From Ancylonema sp. (Eukaryota), in contig JBFLGF010000014.1 in the NCBI GenBank assembly GCA_050230475.1, positions 62,001-126,000 on the forward strand: DNA of 64,000 nt, read 5' to 3'. The notes beneath the pieces are model-generated. The model did no database searches. It was not told the origin of the DNA and saw only the letters and a list, made by a program, of their open reading frames with translations. Position 1 is the first letter of the stretch. Each line of letters starts with the position of its first letter. Shown here piece by piece: positions 13,209 through 24,691 of the stretch. The position numbers and the translations under genes were made by a program.

Positions 13209-14018
13209 ATGACAAAGCTTCGAACGACTACAACAGTCAGGAAGATTGAACATAACCTTGGGTATTCCATCGATAACTACCCAGACATTTCACCTCCATG
13301 CACCTCGACACCACTCGAGTCTGCACAACAACAGGCACCAACCATACCTAAATTTGAGGAACCATACGATGTAATTGAAAAAGAATTACGATGTTATTTA
13401 TGTGGACAAATAGGACATAAAATGACCAACTGTCCACGGCGACAAAATTTGTTACTTGACTCACCTTTGGGTGACATACCACCACCACATGATTACCCTC
13501 GACAAGCAAAGATGCCACAACCACCGATGGCACTCTCTGTAATGGGACCACAAAACACCAACCCACCGGTGATTCCTTGCAACGTCAGATTGACAACCAA
13601 CTGGCATATACCAACCGCTGACAACAGTCAATCCATACTCACTATTGGTGGAGAAACACCTTCACTACCAATATTTGATTCAGATGCGGAGAACGTTACC
13701 ATTGGTACCAAATTTGCCAAACAACTCAAGCTTACACCACAAGACCTTGATCCTGGAGAAGAATACGTAACTTCAGATGGCAAATACCAACAATCTCTAG
13801 GCACAACCAAGAAAGCATATACCATCACCATTGGACATGGTAAAAACCAAACTTCGGTTAACGCCAAACTTCATTTGACACCTTCCGACAAATACGATGT
13901 TTTGTTGGGCAGTACTTTCTTGGGACCAATAGGAGGTTATTACAGATCCATGGGAGTCAACACTTTCATTACCCCGTCGACTGGCAGAAACAAGGTACAC
14001 ACCGTGCCTCAATTCTAG
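13209..14018 (+). pseudogene. Gypsy gag C-terminal zinc knuckle plus retropepsin-like aspartic protease
   Basis: CYLCGQIGHKMTNC (CX2CX4HX4C); IFDSDAENVTIG (a DSG variant); YDVLLGSTFL. An apparent frameshift near 13940 continues as DPWESTLHYPVDWQ. Confidence 0.85.
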
Positions 14019-14660
14019 TCAAATACACACCTTGCCACACGCGGCATCTCTCGGTGCATTGTCAATACATGGATGAAGGCGTTACTTACACTTCTGCTAA
14101 CACGTTCATGCGAATTCCGAACGAGGATTTGTTACACTCAACCACGGATGCACCGGGACGGCAAAAATGTATGCAAACGCCGTTTTGCAAACGCGGACGT
14201 ACGGAATACGTCCGTACGGAAAAAGTGTTGCAAACGTTTGCAAAAGGTTTGCAAAATGCAAACCTCGTCAGTTTGTTGTATCCCCGTTTATGTCATCATT
14301 ACATTTCCCCCGTGTTTTCCCTGTCCCCGTCGTTTTGTCATGTGGCACTTCCCTATTCTGTCGTGTCTTCCGTTCCACCATCGTATCTTGGCCCGTAGCC
14401 CGTCTCCCGTTCCGTCACAAATTTTGTGTGTCGTGATTGAGACAGAATCTTTCAGTTCTCTGAAATATCTAGCATCTGACGGGTGAGCGTCGTTCACGAC
14501 CGTGTCCCATCCCTCGATGCCGTCCGAATCACTGTTGTCAGTAGATTTTGAACACATACACGACCGAATCTACCTGCTTTTTCAAAAAATCCAGAGTCAT
14601 TAGTACGGACATGTATGGACATGTACGGACTATACGGACGCAAACGTTTGCAGACGCAAN

Positions 14661-15539
14661 ATCGGAGGACCAGACATCAGCATGCTCTACCTTCTTTTGG
14701 AATGTGGCGACTTTGTGGGCACCTACACTACCCAGGTGGAGAGCAAGGTGGACGAGCAGGCGTTGTACTTTGCCGTGCAAAAAGCGCAATGACAATTCCA
14801 CGGACAACTCTCTGACAGCGCGATCGTAGGATGCTGCAGCAGATTGGGGAGCAATAGCATCGAAGAAACCGCAGAACCTGCATTCAGGCGCCTCATCAAT
14901 GAGCGTGGCCAAATCGACATTGCGCGGGGGAATTGGAACAAGGAGACGGAGATCACCTATAGTCCACTCGAGGGGGGCTTCGATCACCGCGTGTACCCTT
15001 TCTTGGCATTGATTAAGGTCCTGCAAACCTCTCAAACATCCAGGATCACCCTCCCCGTTACATCCTTTTCACCACCCTGGGTAACTGAGATGTATCCCTT
15101 GGGAACCACAATTTTGGGGCATCCAACAGTCATCGAGGCCACCGCAGTGAACTCAAGCAACCGTCCCACAAGGGACCGTCCCCGTCTACAAGCACCAGTG
15201 GTCAATAGTGACGTGCAACCCCCGATCGTGAAAATTGCTGGACAACCTCGACGTGCATTTCCACCTATCACACCCTACCAAGATGGCGTCGACTACAACG
15301 TGGATCCTGCCACACGTCACCACGGCGAGGGCATGGCGTATGAACAACAATCTGGCACCTATATTGTACCCTCACCTTATGATCTGAAAAGCGCCATGGG
15401 CTTCATCCCGGGAGCCGCAGCTGGACCCGTGGGCATGATCCGCACCGCCGCTCAACGTCGCAGCACCCTTGGTCCCGCATTGGATCGCCACATCACCCAT
15501 TGGTTGGCATCCATCATCATGGCCACCTACAACCAATAG
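14661..15539 (+). pseudogene. C5 cytosine DNA methyltransferase-like domain of the retrotransposon-borne type, catalytic motifs degenerate
   Basis: A single frame with one TGA at 14790. Colinear motifs: GQIDIARGNW (motif IV region), LQTSQ, ILGHPTVIEATAVNS..RPRL (VIII), GQPRRAFP, GEGMAYE..PSPYDLKSAMGF (IX), QRRSTLGPALD..WL (X). Confidence 0.75.
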
Positions 15540-16310
15540 GGACAGCGCCTCACCTCAACTATCAGGTATTCCCCACCATCCTTGTTGAGGCAGAGGGCCA
15601 AATACCCCAAAGTTCCAATGCATCCTGTTACCACCCCACCGCATCCAAAACCAAAGAAAGGACATCAAAAGAAGAAACCATCGATTTCCTTCATTCCTGC
15701 GCCATTGGAAACCCCACCACCTATTAATGATGAAATCTGGAAAACACCAAGTGCATCTACTAGCGAGTCTAGTTCACCACGATCCAAAAATTATTCTACA
15801 ACAATTCACCCTTCCTCTCAGCCAGTCATCACTCAATCAGAGTCCCTCACAGCAAATGCAACCAATTTACTTCACGTCGAAAAAGAACTCATCGAATTTG
15901 TGTCAAAGGTTCCCGATTTGATTTGTCATTCACCACCACTTTTTGAGGAAACTTTCACGTTGCATATCTTAGCGAACATCCCAAGACGAGATCAACCCAG
16001 CTTTGGTAACCAATGCCTCACCAACAGTCAACAATCCGAACTTCCTTTCAGAACAATTCCCCACACCCTTGCATGACGTCCAACTCCATTATGACTCAGG
16101 CCGAACTCATCATGCATGCGACTGGAAACCAATGTGATTCGGACACCCTAACCAACCCGGACGAGTGTGCACTACTTATCATAAAATCTACGTCAAGATA
16201 GAGACTCCAAAGAAACCCGGCATTCTACAGTATGTCCTAACCTTGTTGCACATCATCTGTCCGTGTTTCCCAGCCTCCGAGGCGGAGCTTTCGTAGGTGG
16301 GGGGGTGGAG

Positions 16311-17722
16311 TGAGATCCAGATGATGACCCGAAGCCCAATCCTGATGCTGCTCATTCAGACAAGCAGCCAAGTCATCAAATATCATCCGTCATTTTGATC
16401 GACGAAGAAAAATACAAAAAGTCATGTTTTGCAGATTTTTTCCAAAATCTGTCGACTTCTTTGATTTTGAGAGATTTCGTCGACGGGCTGTTTGCCGACT
16501 CCGTTTGGCACGTCAGTCGTCATGCCGCTAGAGATCGTTTAGAAAGTAAAGATTTTTTAATTGTCGGTCCGCTTGAAAAATAGCAATTTTGGTAATTGTT
16601 GATTTTTTATCGTTATATCGAACTCTGCCGTTATATGAGTTTCGATCAGTCATACGTTTGATTTGATAAATTTTTAATACTGAGTAAGTATAGAAAATTT
16701 GGTGTACCACTTTTTAGACTTTGATTCAGAGTATTTTGTCGTATCGACGAGCCCAGTGCGCGCTGCGTTCAGTAAGCCAGCGTCGCTAGTGAGCTGCCGC
16801 ACGTGTTAATCCTAGAACTCCAGAATAGACAGTCGATATTAGTTGTCTAGTCGATTTTTTTTTTATAGCCTTTAGATCAAGATAAGATCTATAATACTCC
16901 GCGTGCAAAAAGCCGCGTCGATTGTACGAAAACCAAAAGTCGCTTTCTGAACAGCCGACTTCCGCTATCAGTTTACGCTGTCTGGATTTCAACAAACTCT
17001 TTTGCAATCGTCATCATGTTGCAATCTCTCTGAATTCGTGTATTCTGAAATCGTTTAATATCGCTATCAAGTGTGCCGTTTCGCCATTGATCTTCTCTGT
17101 AATTTCCCGCAAACTTTGCGTCGCTTCATTCAGCTGTAAGTTTATGTGAAATTACTTGCTTGCTTGTGCTTGCTGCCGCATCTCAAGTAACCGAAAAGCC
17201 GTGTGCCGTTTTGCGAACGCATTGTGTGACATTCTGTTGTAGCCAGAATTATCGCTACCCTTGCAATATCGTGACCTTTGCAAGTCGTTGATTGCCAGCC
17301 ATTTGCTGACGTCAGAAATCGTTACAAGTTCGCTGCTCTGTTTCGTGCAAGCTCAGCCAAACAATTCACCCTTTGAATTGTCTGCACCCGTTATCGAATT
17401 CGTGAATCGTTCATTCACCGCAGCACTAGATTTATCGTGACCATTATCGTGTGCGGAACCCGAAGCAACCAATCATCAATCATTCTGCAACCCTTGTAGA
17501 AATTCTATAGCTGCATCCTATCACCAGTAGCTGTCGCGTATTACCAAGTGTTTTGATTAGCGATTCCTGATTATCCTCCCTATTGTTTTACCAGACCTCC
17601 CACTACTTTGCGTTGAGTGCATCTCAGTTCTCGGCGAGTAGTAGCTACGTCAAACTTCGTTGATAAGTCACATACGGCGCTTGAATTACATTCTTGTGTT
17701 ATCAGTAGGGATTCAACTTACA
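16311..17722 (+). repeat. Putative 3' LTR of the Gypsy-like element (3' end approximate)
   Basis: TGAGATCC directly follows the PPT; a candidate ...CTTACA end lies at 17722; the first ~173 bp recur at 17737. Confidence 0.55.
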
Positions 17723-17736
17723 CAAACTACTCTAAG

Positions 17737-17908
17737 TGAGATCCAGATGATGACCCAAAGCTCAATCCTAATGTTGTTCATCTAGACATGCAGCCAAGTC
17801 ATCAAGTATCATCCGTCATTTTCATCGACGAAGAAAAATATAAAAAATCATGTTTTGCAGATTTTTCCAAAATCTGTCGATTTCTTTGATTTTGAGAGAT
17901 TTCGTCGA
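17737..17908 (+). repeat. Truncated second copy of the LTR 5' end
   Basis: Diverged direct repeat of 16311-16483. Confidence 0.9.
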
Positions 17909-18693
17909 TGTTATCCTGGCAATTGTCATTTACAATAAATTCGTACTTAAATATCTTACTGTAATTACCATTTACCATGGAAACTATCTGCACTCCCGGT
18001 ACATTACCCATGTCTTACACTTTACTTTTCGCTTGTTGGTAATCTACCACAAAAAAAAACGTAATATCACGTTAGGCGTAAAAGTACCGTAGTTACTACA
18101 ACCAAACCTAAAAATACCGTAATTTCACAACGCTAGTCATTACACGATGAACGCCTCCACTAACACCATACTTGCGCCTTTTTCTACCTAAAGCACCAGA
18201 CGTCGCGTTACACCAGATGAAAATAAAATAGTAACAATATGGTCGTCATATCGACTTACAATGCCAACGCAAATCATGTGCCCCTAGATGATGTCTTGGG
18301 TCGCATGAAATGTCCGGCCACTTGAAGTTACGTGCTAATTTGACATCATGGTAAATCTATAATATCACGACCGCCATGTAACACAACTCCGGGGTCACCC
18401 TACATAGCAATCCCTCCGTCCATGCAACACACCACGACCCCCAATGGTTGTTCCATATAGGGATTCCAACCAAATGTAGGGGGACAAAGTACGTGACAAT
18501 AAGAGTGACCGACTTTAAAGGCGACAATTACCTTGTGGTTACCAAAAGCACTAGGCAACTAACCCTAAGTTGGGTGCGCTTCCCACAGTTTCGATTGTGT
18601 TCCATTCGATATTAAATGATTGTGTTCAAAATGATATAAATTTGGAGCAGCTCGTGGACATATATGATCCAGTTCAATATACCCTGCAAATGC

Positions 18694-20853
18694 TCAAACC
18701 CAAAATTTATCAAAAACCAAATGGTCAAAACAACTTGTGCGGTTGAATCCATATCGCAAACGTTGAATATCAGCAGAGAAAGTCGAGCCTAAGGATTGCA
18801 GAAGAATGGTGGAACGCACTGCCACTACCTTTTCAGTGTTGATAATAATAGACGGTGAGATGGCCAACCCTTGACTTTGTAAATAGCTTGTCCACGGGGT
18901 GTCCACCCAACTTGTACGATACACTAAATTCGTTCCACCACGCGATATAGCACTTGAGAATTCTTCAACCTGCAAAAAAAAAAGACATTAGACAAATTGG
19001 GTTAGTGCGAAAATTTTCAAAAATTTAGATAGTGTATGTACGCTCCATAACTTTGCAACCAGATCTATGTACTAAGCGCAACCACATTTCGTGCTGCCAC
19101 AGTACACGTGCCCCAAGAAAGAATTGTTGGAATCGTCCGTACACTCGCATGTCTTTAGATTCCATGTGTGTGAGTATGTATGCACACAATTTATATCTAT
19201 ACATACATATCGAGACGTGCATGTGCATAACAACAAAATGACATGAACATGCGCTTGTATGGATAACTTCACGTTGACGTGTGACAAGACGTGTATCTAG
19301 ATCATTTAAAGCGTGATGTGGGGTGCAACAAAAAGCAACGCGTAAAAAGTCGAAAATTAGTTAGAATGCGTTGGTACTTTCTCAATCTTCCCCTCATGAA
19401 AAAATAATTAAAAGCAAGCAAGCTGGTATGAAGTAAGCTACTAGAACTTGGTTCAACTAAAATCTGATGGGTGTCCCAAGAACCCAAGACAAGAGAAGTT
19501 TTTTTAAAGAAAAGTTTGGAGTTCCTAGTCTGCCTGGGATCACATCATTCTCTCCACTACAAAGCACCCCCTTTAACTTGTTAACCCCCCTCTCTTTCTC
19601 TAAAGCAAAACAAACGTTAACAAATCTATAATATTCAAGCATGCATGCCCGCAATTCACGTACCTCTGCACGCGTACCATCTGTGACAAGAAAGACAGAC
19701 CGCAATCCCGTGGCTTGTAGCACCTGTGATACATCCTCCCCATACTGAGTAGGAGTGTGATAGGTCTTGCTATGATATGTATTGAAATCTCCCATCCTCA
19801 TATGCAACGCAATAAATTTCTCTTGTAACATGGGGGTGTTTTGAATTACAAGGTCTGCTACAACGAATATCGCTGGATGCGGCAGCAAGTCGATGCCATT
19901 GGGGCAAGTCGGCAAACGCTTGAACGGCAAAATCGATCTGTCCATAGCGCCGTTCCGAACTTCTACACGCTGGCGAAGGAAGTATCCGTCCCCCATGAAA
20001 AGAACATTTGACGTACAATTTCCGTACTCTTGAACAATGTATTCGGTGGGAATATATTTCCCTCTCCTTGGCAAGGTCGCGCTCTCGACTTGTACTCCCG
20101 GTTTCAATAGTACATCATTGCCCATGGACGAGTGTATGGAGCGAATCACCACAGGGTCTCCCCCATCGTCATCGCTCGTAAGCATCACTCGGCGATGTGG
20201 CTTGATGAGAAAACGGATTTGGTCAATAACGGGAGGGTGGCCGTGCTTTTGTATGTACTCTGCCACCGTCAAGACCGAGTATGGTCCGTAACACGCTCTC
20301 GTGTGTAGGTGGTCGAAGAAAATGTGCCGATCAATCTTCTTGCCATTGGATACCGGATCCTCAACAAATAGCAGTGTTCGATTGAGGATACCAGCAAGAT
20401 ACATACTGAATTGAAAGCAGAAGGCACGGTTCGATTCCTGTATCAAAAAAGAAAAGTGAATGAGGAGCCAAACTGGAGAGACCATCGTCTTGTCCGTCTT
20501 GATTTTACATCCCACATCCCATATCTGTTTGAGTTACTGGGTCATCCCCGGTTTGTGAAATGCTAAAAATGTATCATCTCTACACCCTGACTTACTCGTC
20601 CTTGCTGACAGCCCATTAATAGGTAACGATCTGGAAGCGGCCTCCACTCCAGCGTTGGTGTTTCATGATATAGCGAACAGACCTGTTTCGATTCTGCCAC
20701 CCTCCCTGCAGAACATTGCAAATCGCTAAGTCCTTGAGTGGAGCCGCATTGTCCAATTGCATCACTCGAAGTTACGGATGCGAAGTATAGAAAGAGAAGA
20801 GCGCAGGAGGAGACAAAAATGGTCTTTACTCTCCGCGTCTCAGCAGTGCACAT
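18694..20853 (-). CDS. O-fucosyltransferase family protein (POFUT2-like, plant OFUT36-like), 3 exons, ~435 aa
   Basis: Exons 20853-20596, 20437-19664 and 18969-18694 with GT-AG phase-0 joins. N-terminal membrane anchor; motifs GRESNRAFCF..AGILNRTL, FIALHMRMGDF, VFLVTD, GSTFSADIQRLR. Confidence 0.85.
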
Positions 20854-21284
20854 GATTCACAGGTGACCGGCTTCGGGCGTAGTCGCGTTCAACAAACATC
20901 CCGAATTCTGGCATCCCGGCAGAGCATCTGACTCATGGCATGGGCTATGAGCCATGCCTGAGTCATGGCCGATACCGTGTCCGAATTATCGCAGGCTTCT
21001 ATCTTGGGCTCGCTTCTAGAGAACCGTACCCAGAGATGTCAACGAACGTCAAAATTCTCTTCGGGCGGAGCCCGCGTCCGGGTACTGTACCGAACGCGGC
21101 TGGATAACGGTTGGAAAATCCGGGTACCGTACCCGGCCAGGTTTATAGCCCCACCAAGTCGGAAAAATATTTAGTTTACGTTAGGGCAAACCCTATGGAC
21201 GCTTGCCCCTGCCCCTGCCCCGTTCGAAAACGAACGGAATCCTGAATTTCGTCGGACCCGGGTTCGATTTGTCATTTTTGGGCN

Positions 21285-21625
21285 AGCGCTGGGCTCTCCT
21301 ACTCCACGAATATGAATTTGAAGTAATCCATCGCCCCGGTGTTGCAAGCTCCAATGCCGACGGGTGCAGTCGTTGTCCATTACCAGAGACAGTAACTGAT
21401 AACCGTGAGATTGAAACATTAGGGGAGAAAACACCTTGCTACTACATGTAAACCTCACCCACGGGTCAAAATCCACCATCGTACTTTCTGGGTTTCCACC
21501 AAGGTACACCACCACCAGAAGATGTCAAAGTGGACATTTGGGATGATAATGCCACAATGACACTTCTGAAAACTCATGCATACCTACCAGACTTGACACC
21601 ACACCAAAGAGACCGTACATACCCT
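21285..21625 (+). pseudogene. Ty3/Gypsy pol fragment (RNase H C-terminus and pre-integrase linker)
   Basis: RWALLLHEYEFEVIHRPGVASSNADGCSR followed by DIWDDNATMTLL. It begins right after the N at 21284. Confidence 0.8.
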
Positions 21626-21948
21626 AAAAACCTCTCGTATCTGATGGTAGTCTATAATATGAGCCCCTAGTAAACCATGTTGAGCTCTTGACAAATATAT
21701 GGGCTCCCGGCTTAGGAGCGGCAACATGGGATGTAATGGCAATATTATTAGCAAGTTAAGATAACGACCCAAGCGATGAAAAAAAGAGTTTTTGAAAATG
21801 ACCCCCGCCGGAATATTGGCCTAATTTACTGCTTCTTATGGCCCCAATCGCGATTTAAAATCAATTATCTTCACACGCCACAACAATTATTTTCCGGATT
21901 TTTTGATTTGGGCCGATACGGTACTTTGCCTCGGTAATTTGCCTAATA

Positions 21949-23587
21949 CAATTAAAAAATTGTCTTAATTAATAATGTCGGGACCGGAAAATATTATTGA
22001 TTAAAACAGGTTGTTACCTAAGAAAGGATCGCTTCCAACCGACCTCAAACCAGTACCTATGTGAATACGAGGGGCAACAGGTTGATATCCATCTCGGAAT
22101 CAACCTTCACGTGTAATTTAACGTAGTTATAATCATAATCACAATAATATAAACTAGTTCCAAATATGAGCCAACCCATATTCCCAGGGATGGCAAGTCT
22201 AAAAAACCTCTTCGTAATTAGGGGTATTTAGGCCGTAATTACAAAAGCATAATAAGGATACGCCGAGAAAGCACCCCTAAAAACCCTTAAACATCAAATT
22301 AGGGGACATTTAGAGGCATTTCCCACCCCCAACCGTCAAATTAGGGCCTAAATTGCTCTGCCAAGGAAAAACCTTTTTTTTTTTTTTGGTCTCTTATCAA
22401 AACGTAATGACCGGACTGAATGAGGCATCTCAAAGCGCGCAAGGTCCCTCGATGAAAGGGAAGCTTTTGGAAACAATCGTGTTGGCGCGTTCGTGTGATC
22501 CTAAATGATGAACCACGCGTCTCTGACGCGACGTCACTTTGTAGGGGACAATGATATAGCGATTTAAAAAAATAAGAAATGATATAATAAATGCCATCAA
22601 TTTCCATGACCGTTACATGACCGTTACCTTAAACACGCTTCTCTCCCCTCACATTGTGATGAAAAAATGATATTACTATATTATTTGTCCACGTTTGTGG
22701 TTGCAGATTAGAAAGTAAGCGCCAATGTGTAGAGAAACTCCGGCGATGGATTACTTTATAAAATGGTTGCGGAACTAGCGATGCTTCCAATGATCCTTTC
22801 TTTGTTTGTCACTTCCATGCTTTAGTTTTCTCAACATTCAAGACACAAATTGTTGGATTCTCGCTCCAAGTTTTCTAAATGTACCATATTCTAAAAGAGG
22901 AGTAGTGAAAACAAAACCCTTTTCTTCATCAAAATGATGTGGGAGATCAAACATGCATGATATAGTAAATGTGGTTGCACATGGGATCTTTCAAATGTTG
23001 TGAGTCCCGTTTTGTCTCATCATTTCGACATTATGCATCCAACACATCTGTCCATTGGAATGGCAAGGAGAGGGGCAGAATTGTGTTAAAAACTACCAAG
23101 AGACCCAAAAAAACATGTCTACCTTAGCAAATTAGCAATTTTAGTGCAACCCTTAATTATGATTGTTAAGTTAATAACCCCTCAAAAAGCAATTTAGGGC
23201 CTAGATTGCCATCCCTGCATATTCCAGACTCTGGAATATGGAGCCTCCATATTTGTAGTCCCCATTTCTCTTTAAAATTTACCAAAAAAAAACCAACTTT
23301 TTTTTGCTACATACGTTTTTTTATTTTTTCCGGTTTTTTGTTCCCCCCCCACTCCCCCACACTTTTAACCCCTAATCCGTACACATATTTGGTACGAATA
23401 CGTACGGATTCCGTATATCATTGAATAGCACATTAATGAGCATATTGGCAGGACCGGGAAAGAATATTAGTAATCACGTTTGAGAGGTTTGTTAATAATT
23501 ACACTCGCCCAAGTTCGTGACCGGAAAAAAATATAAATCAAGAGAGGTTCTTAATTAAGGCAGTAATAGTTAAAAGAGGTTTTACCG
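21949..23587. mobile_element. Tc1/pogo-like non-autonomous element interrupted by a hAT insertion
   Basis: TA-flanked ends (...GAGGTTTTACCG|TA). Both halves match 30609-31110 in reverse complement. Confidence 0.7.
22185..23217. mobile_element. Non-autonomous hAT element
   Basis: TIR CAGGGATGGCAA and a perfect 8-bp TSD CATATTCC. Confidence 0.9.
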
Positions 23588-24329
23588 TATTATCAAGTAC
23601 CTTTGTATGTTGTGATATATGTTATTCAAGAACGCACTAATACTAACTTACGATAGAGCTTTCAATATTTTTAAAATTTGCATAATTTAGAACAATTCGG
23701 GTTATTGTTATGTGAGAATTGTAACAAATCATAACACTCTAGAACGACATTCAATACAGTCCTACACAAGAACCTTATTGGTTGGCCATATTTTGGCTGC
23801 CTTTATGGAGGGTGTGCCTTTTCAACGAGTAAGTCCACATTCTACCAGAGAATCTTGTCGTATTTATGTAGGATATCCTACATAAATACTTCCATTATAC
23901 CAAATCAAGTGCCTCTACAGAGGGTGTGATTCGAGGAAGCTTTTGTACAAGAGGAACTTAATATATGAAAAAAATGTCGTTATATAATGGCCAATGTTAT
24001 ACCGAGGGTCACTATATCGAGGGCTTTGTGTAACATGACTGACCGAGATCATAATATTATTCACCGCCCTAGGCGGGAAAAAAAGGCTTAAATGTCCTTT
24101 TAAAAAGTCCGCCGCAATTCGGAGCTATGAACGATTTTTTCAAAACTGACTTCTTGCAGAGTCACGCTTTTCCCTACGCAATACGCCACACGTCAGACAT
24201 CATCTATTGTAAACTATGAGTCCGACTTCGTCGCGTGGTGAAAATATAGAGAAAAACGGTATTGAAATATACATAAGAATAATACACGGATCAAGATGGC
24301 ACGCATACTCATAAGTGTCTTGAAAACTC

Positions 24330-24517
24330 GAAATCTTGTCGGATATTATTTCTAAAAAGATGTGCACGATCTACGTGGTCTTGGGATCCTTTCACAATAA
24401 AAAACCCCTAACAATCCCTATGACTTCGCCCCGAGCGAGAAATTCCGCTTGAGGCGCCGCGTGCAAGGTTTCGCGCGGAGCGTAAAGCGGGGTGAAATTT
24501 TCGGGGCGGAGCCAATG
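24330..24517. repeat. Fragment of the hAT-type MITE family seen at 29061-29860
   Basis: Shares GATCTACGTGGTCTTGGGATCC and the end CGGGGCGGAGCCAA. Confidence 0.8.
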
Positions 24518-24691
24518 GAATTATTTACCAGTTCCTGCAATATTATGGTAGAGGGGAGAGACTTATGATTCCTGTTGCCAAGATTCCTACCCTTCGTAGA
24601 TTCCAGCCGGCTGTACCAATACCAGCTGCTGTTCTTGAACAACTCATCAGCTATCTGTACGTCATCAGATCGCATTCAGCAGCTGCCTGCT

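Larger units (their letters stand above)
5700..17722 (+). mobile_element. Degenerate Ty3/Gypsy-like LTR retroelement (gag-protease-DNMT-like), host of nested insertions; 5' boundary uncertain
   Basis: The gag-like frame rejoins across two insertions (...IEEQTQMVHL | LPPHMREQTMAHVQ | EWHELIPRHL...). It continues into a CCHC knuckle and an aspartic protease (13209-14018) and then a DNMT-like frame (14661-15539). A PPT (GGTGGGGGGGTGGAG, 16296-16310) precedes a TG start at 16311. No matching 5' LTR or PBS was identified. Confidence 0.7.

Noticed and set aside
14054..14660. ORFs between the protease and the DNMT-like domain
   Set aside because: From about 14140 the sequence is rich in TGCAAA/GTACGG repeats typical of a DNA-transposon insertion and ends at an N, so it is unlikely to be coding.
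21285..21625. RNase H fragment as the missing pol of the DNMT-like element
   Set aside because: It lies beyond the LTR and a host gene and follows a separate N, so no link can be shown.
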